64,000 nt of DNA from the human T2T-CHM13v2.0 reference genome, Homo sapiens, in the NCBI RefSeq assembly GCF_009914755.1, contig NC_060931.1; one strand, written 5' to 3'. Under the pieces are notes generated by a model. It did no database searches and had not been told where the DNA came from. It saw only the letters and a list, made by a program, of their open reading frames with translations. The translations under genes were made by a program, and so were the position numbers. This document shows, piece by piece, positions 59,658 to 64,000 of this stretch; positions within the stretch are counted from its first letter, which is position 1, and every line of letters begins with the position of its first letter.

Positions 59658-60011
59658 GAGTCACTGTTTTAAATGTCTAGTTTAAGACTACACCACTACT
59701 AGAAAGGCAAATGCAATCCTGTGCCTTCCTATAGCCAGTATATGTCATTTGTTGTGTAAAGGATGGCACTTGCACCCTACGCTGCTCCCCTGGAGGCAGC
59801 CATATGCTCAGTACACGGATAGGGGATACTGCCAACCTGCCTGCCTGGCCTGAGATCTTTGAAGCCTGTTGGTTTGTCCCTACACAGCCACAGGAGCTTT
59901 GAGGCCAGGAGCCCAGGAACACATGGAGATTGAAAGACACCTGCTTTCCCCAGGGTCTGCATGGAGAAGCTTATTATATGGCACTATGAACGCTTATTAA
60001 ACAGCAGCAAT

Positions 60012-60318
<307 letters not shown>

Positions 60319-60764
60319 TTATTTTGTCTCTGCTTTGTATCCAAAAGACAGTCCCTACTATTATTTGAGCTGCATAAATAGAGATAAGAGAACAGAACTG
60401 TCCAACAAATGTGGAGAACACCAAGAAATATCAGTAAGGGCTTTAATCATTGGCCTCTATCAATTATGTGAGGTTTAACTTTGAGTAAATTATAAGATTT
60501 CCATGAGCTAGCTTGCAAGGAAAAAAAATGTCTTAAATGACTTGCAACTGTTACACGGTCATTTATATTCCATCTAGTCATATTCAGAGACTTAAGAGCT
60601 AAAAAATACAAGTATAACAGATTTCCTTTTTTCTCTTCCGCCCTGAGAAGGACATGATCCCTACAGAGGTTACTCTCTGCAGCTGAGGCAGAAGGAGATT
60701 ATAGCTAGAGGCTGTCTGCTAAACATGTCTGGAGGGTACACTCAGTGATGACCACAGATACTAA

Positions 60765-64000
<3,236 letters not shown>

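Overview
Human (primate) genomic DNA, not prokaryotic. The window holds the 5' two-thirds of SCRN1 (secernin-1) on the minus strand. It includes a CpG-island promoter (~56.4-57.9 kb) with three candidate first exons, one adding a 20-aa N-terminal extension, and five coding exons (36773-36615, 23055-22874, 11872-11670, 8569-8375, 4414-4249). These join in frame with GT-AG boundaries and encode residues 1-~302; the remaining exons lie beyond the left edge. The rest is intronic or upstream DNA dominated by transposons: ~29 Alus, a 5'-truncated young SVA, an L1PA2-type 3' end, old L1/L2/MIR, solo LTRs (MER9, MER52, MLT1, THE1, LTR33-like) and DNA-transposon fossils (MADE1, MER63, MER58, MER3/33, MER5). 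Most ORFs in the track are spurious repeat- or GC-derived frames. I found no convincing new multi-gene system. The most unusual unexplained structure is a ~340-bp inverted repeat with near-identical 80-bp arms around an AT-rich spacer (29739-30080). Other leads are an overlapping alternative-frame ORF whose stop overlaps Met69 (TAATG), a candidate 19-nt cryptic microexon, and a CpG-intact AluSc8. Repeat subfamily calls come from recalled consensus sequences, and repeat boundaries are approximate unless a TSD is given.
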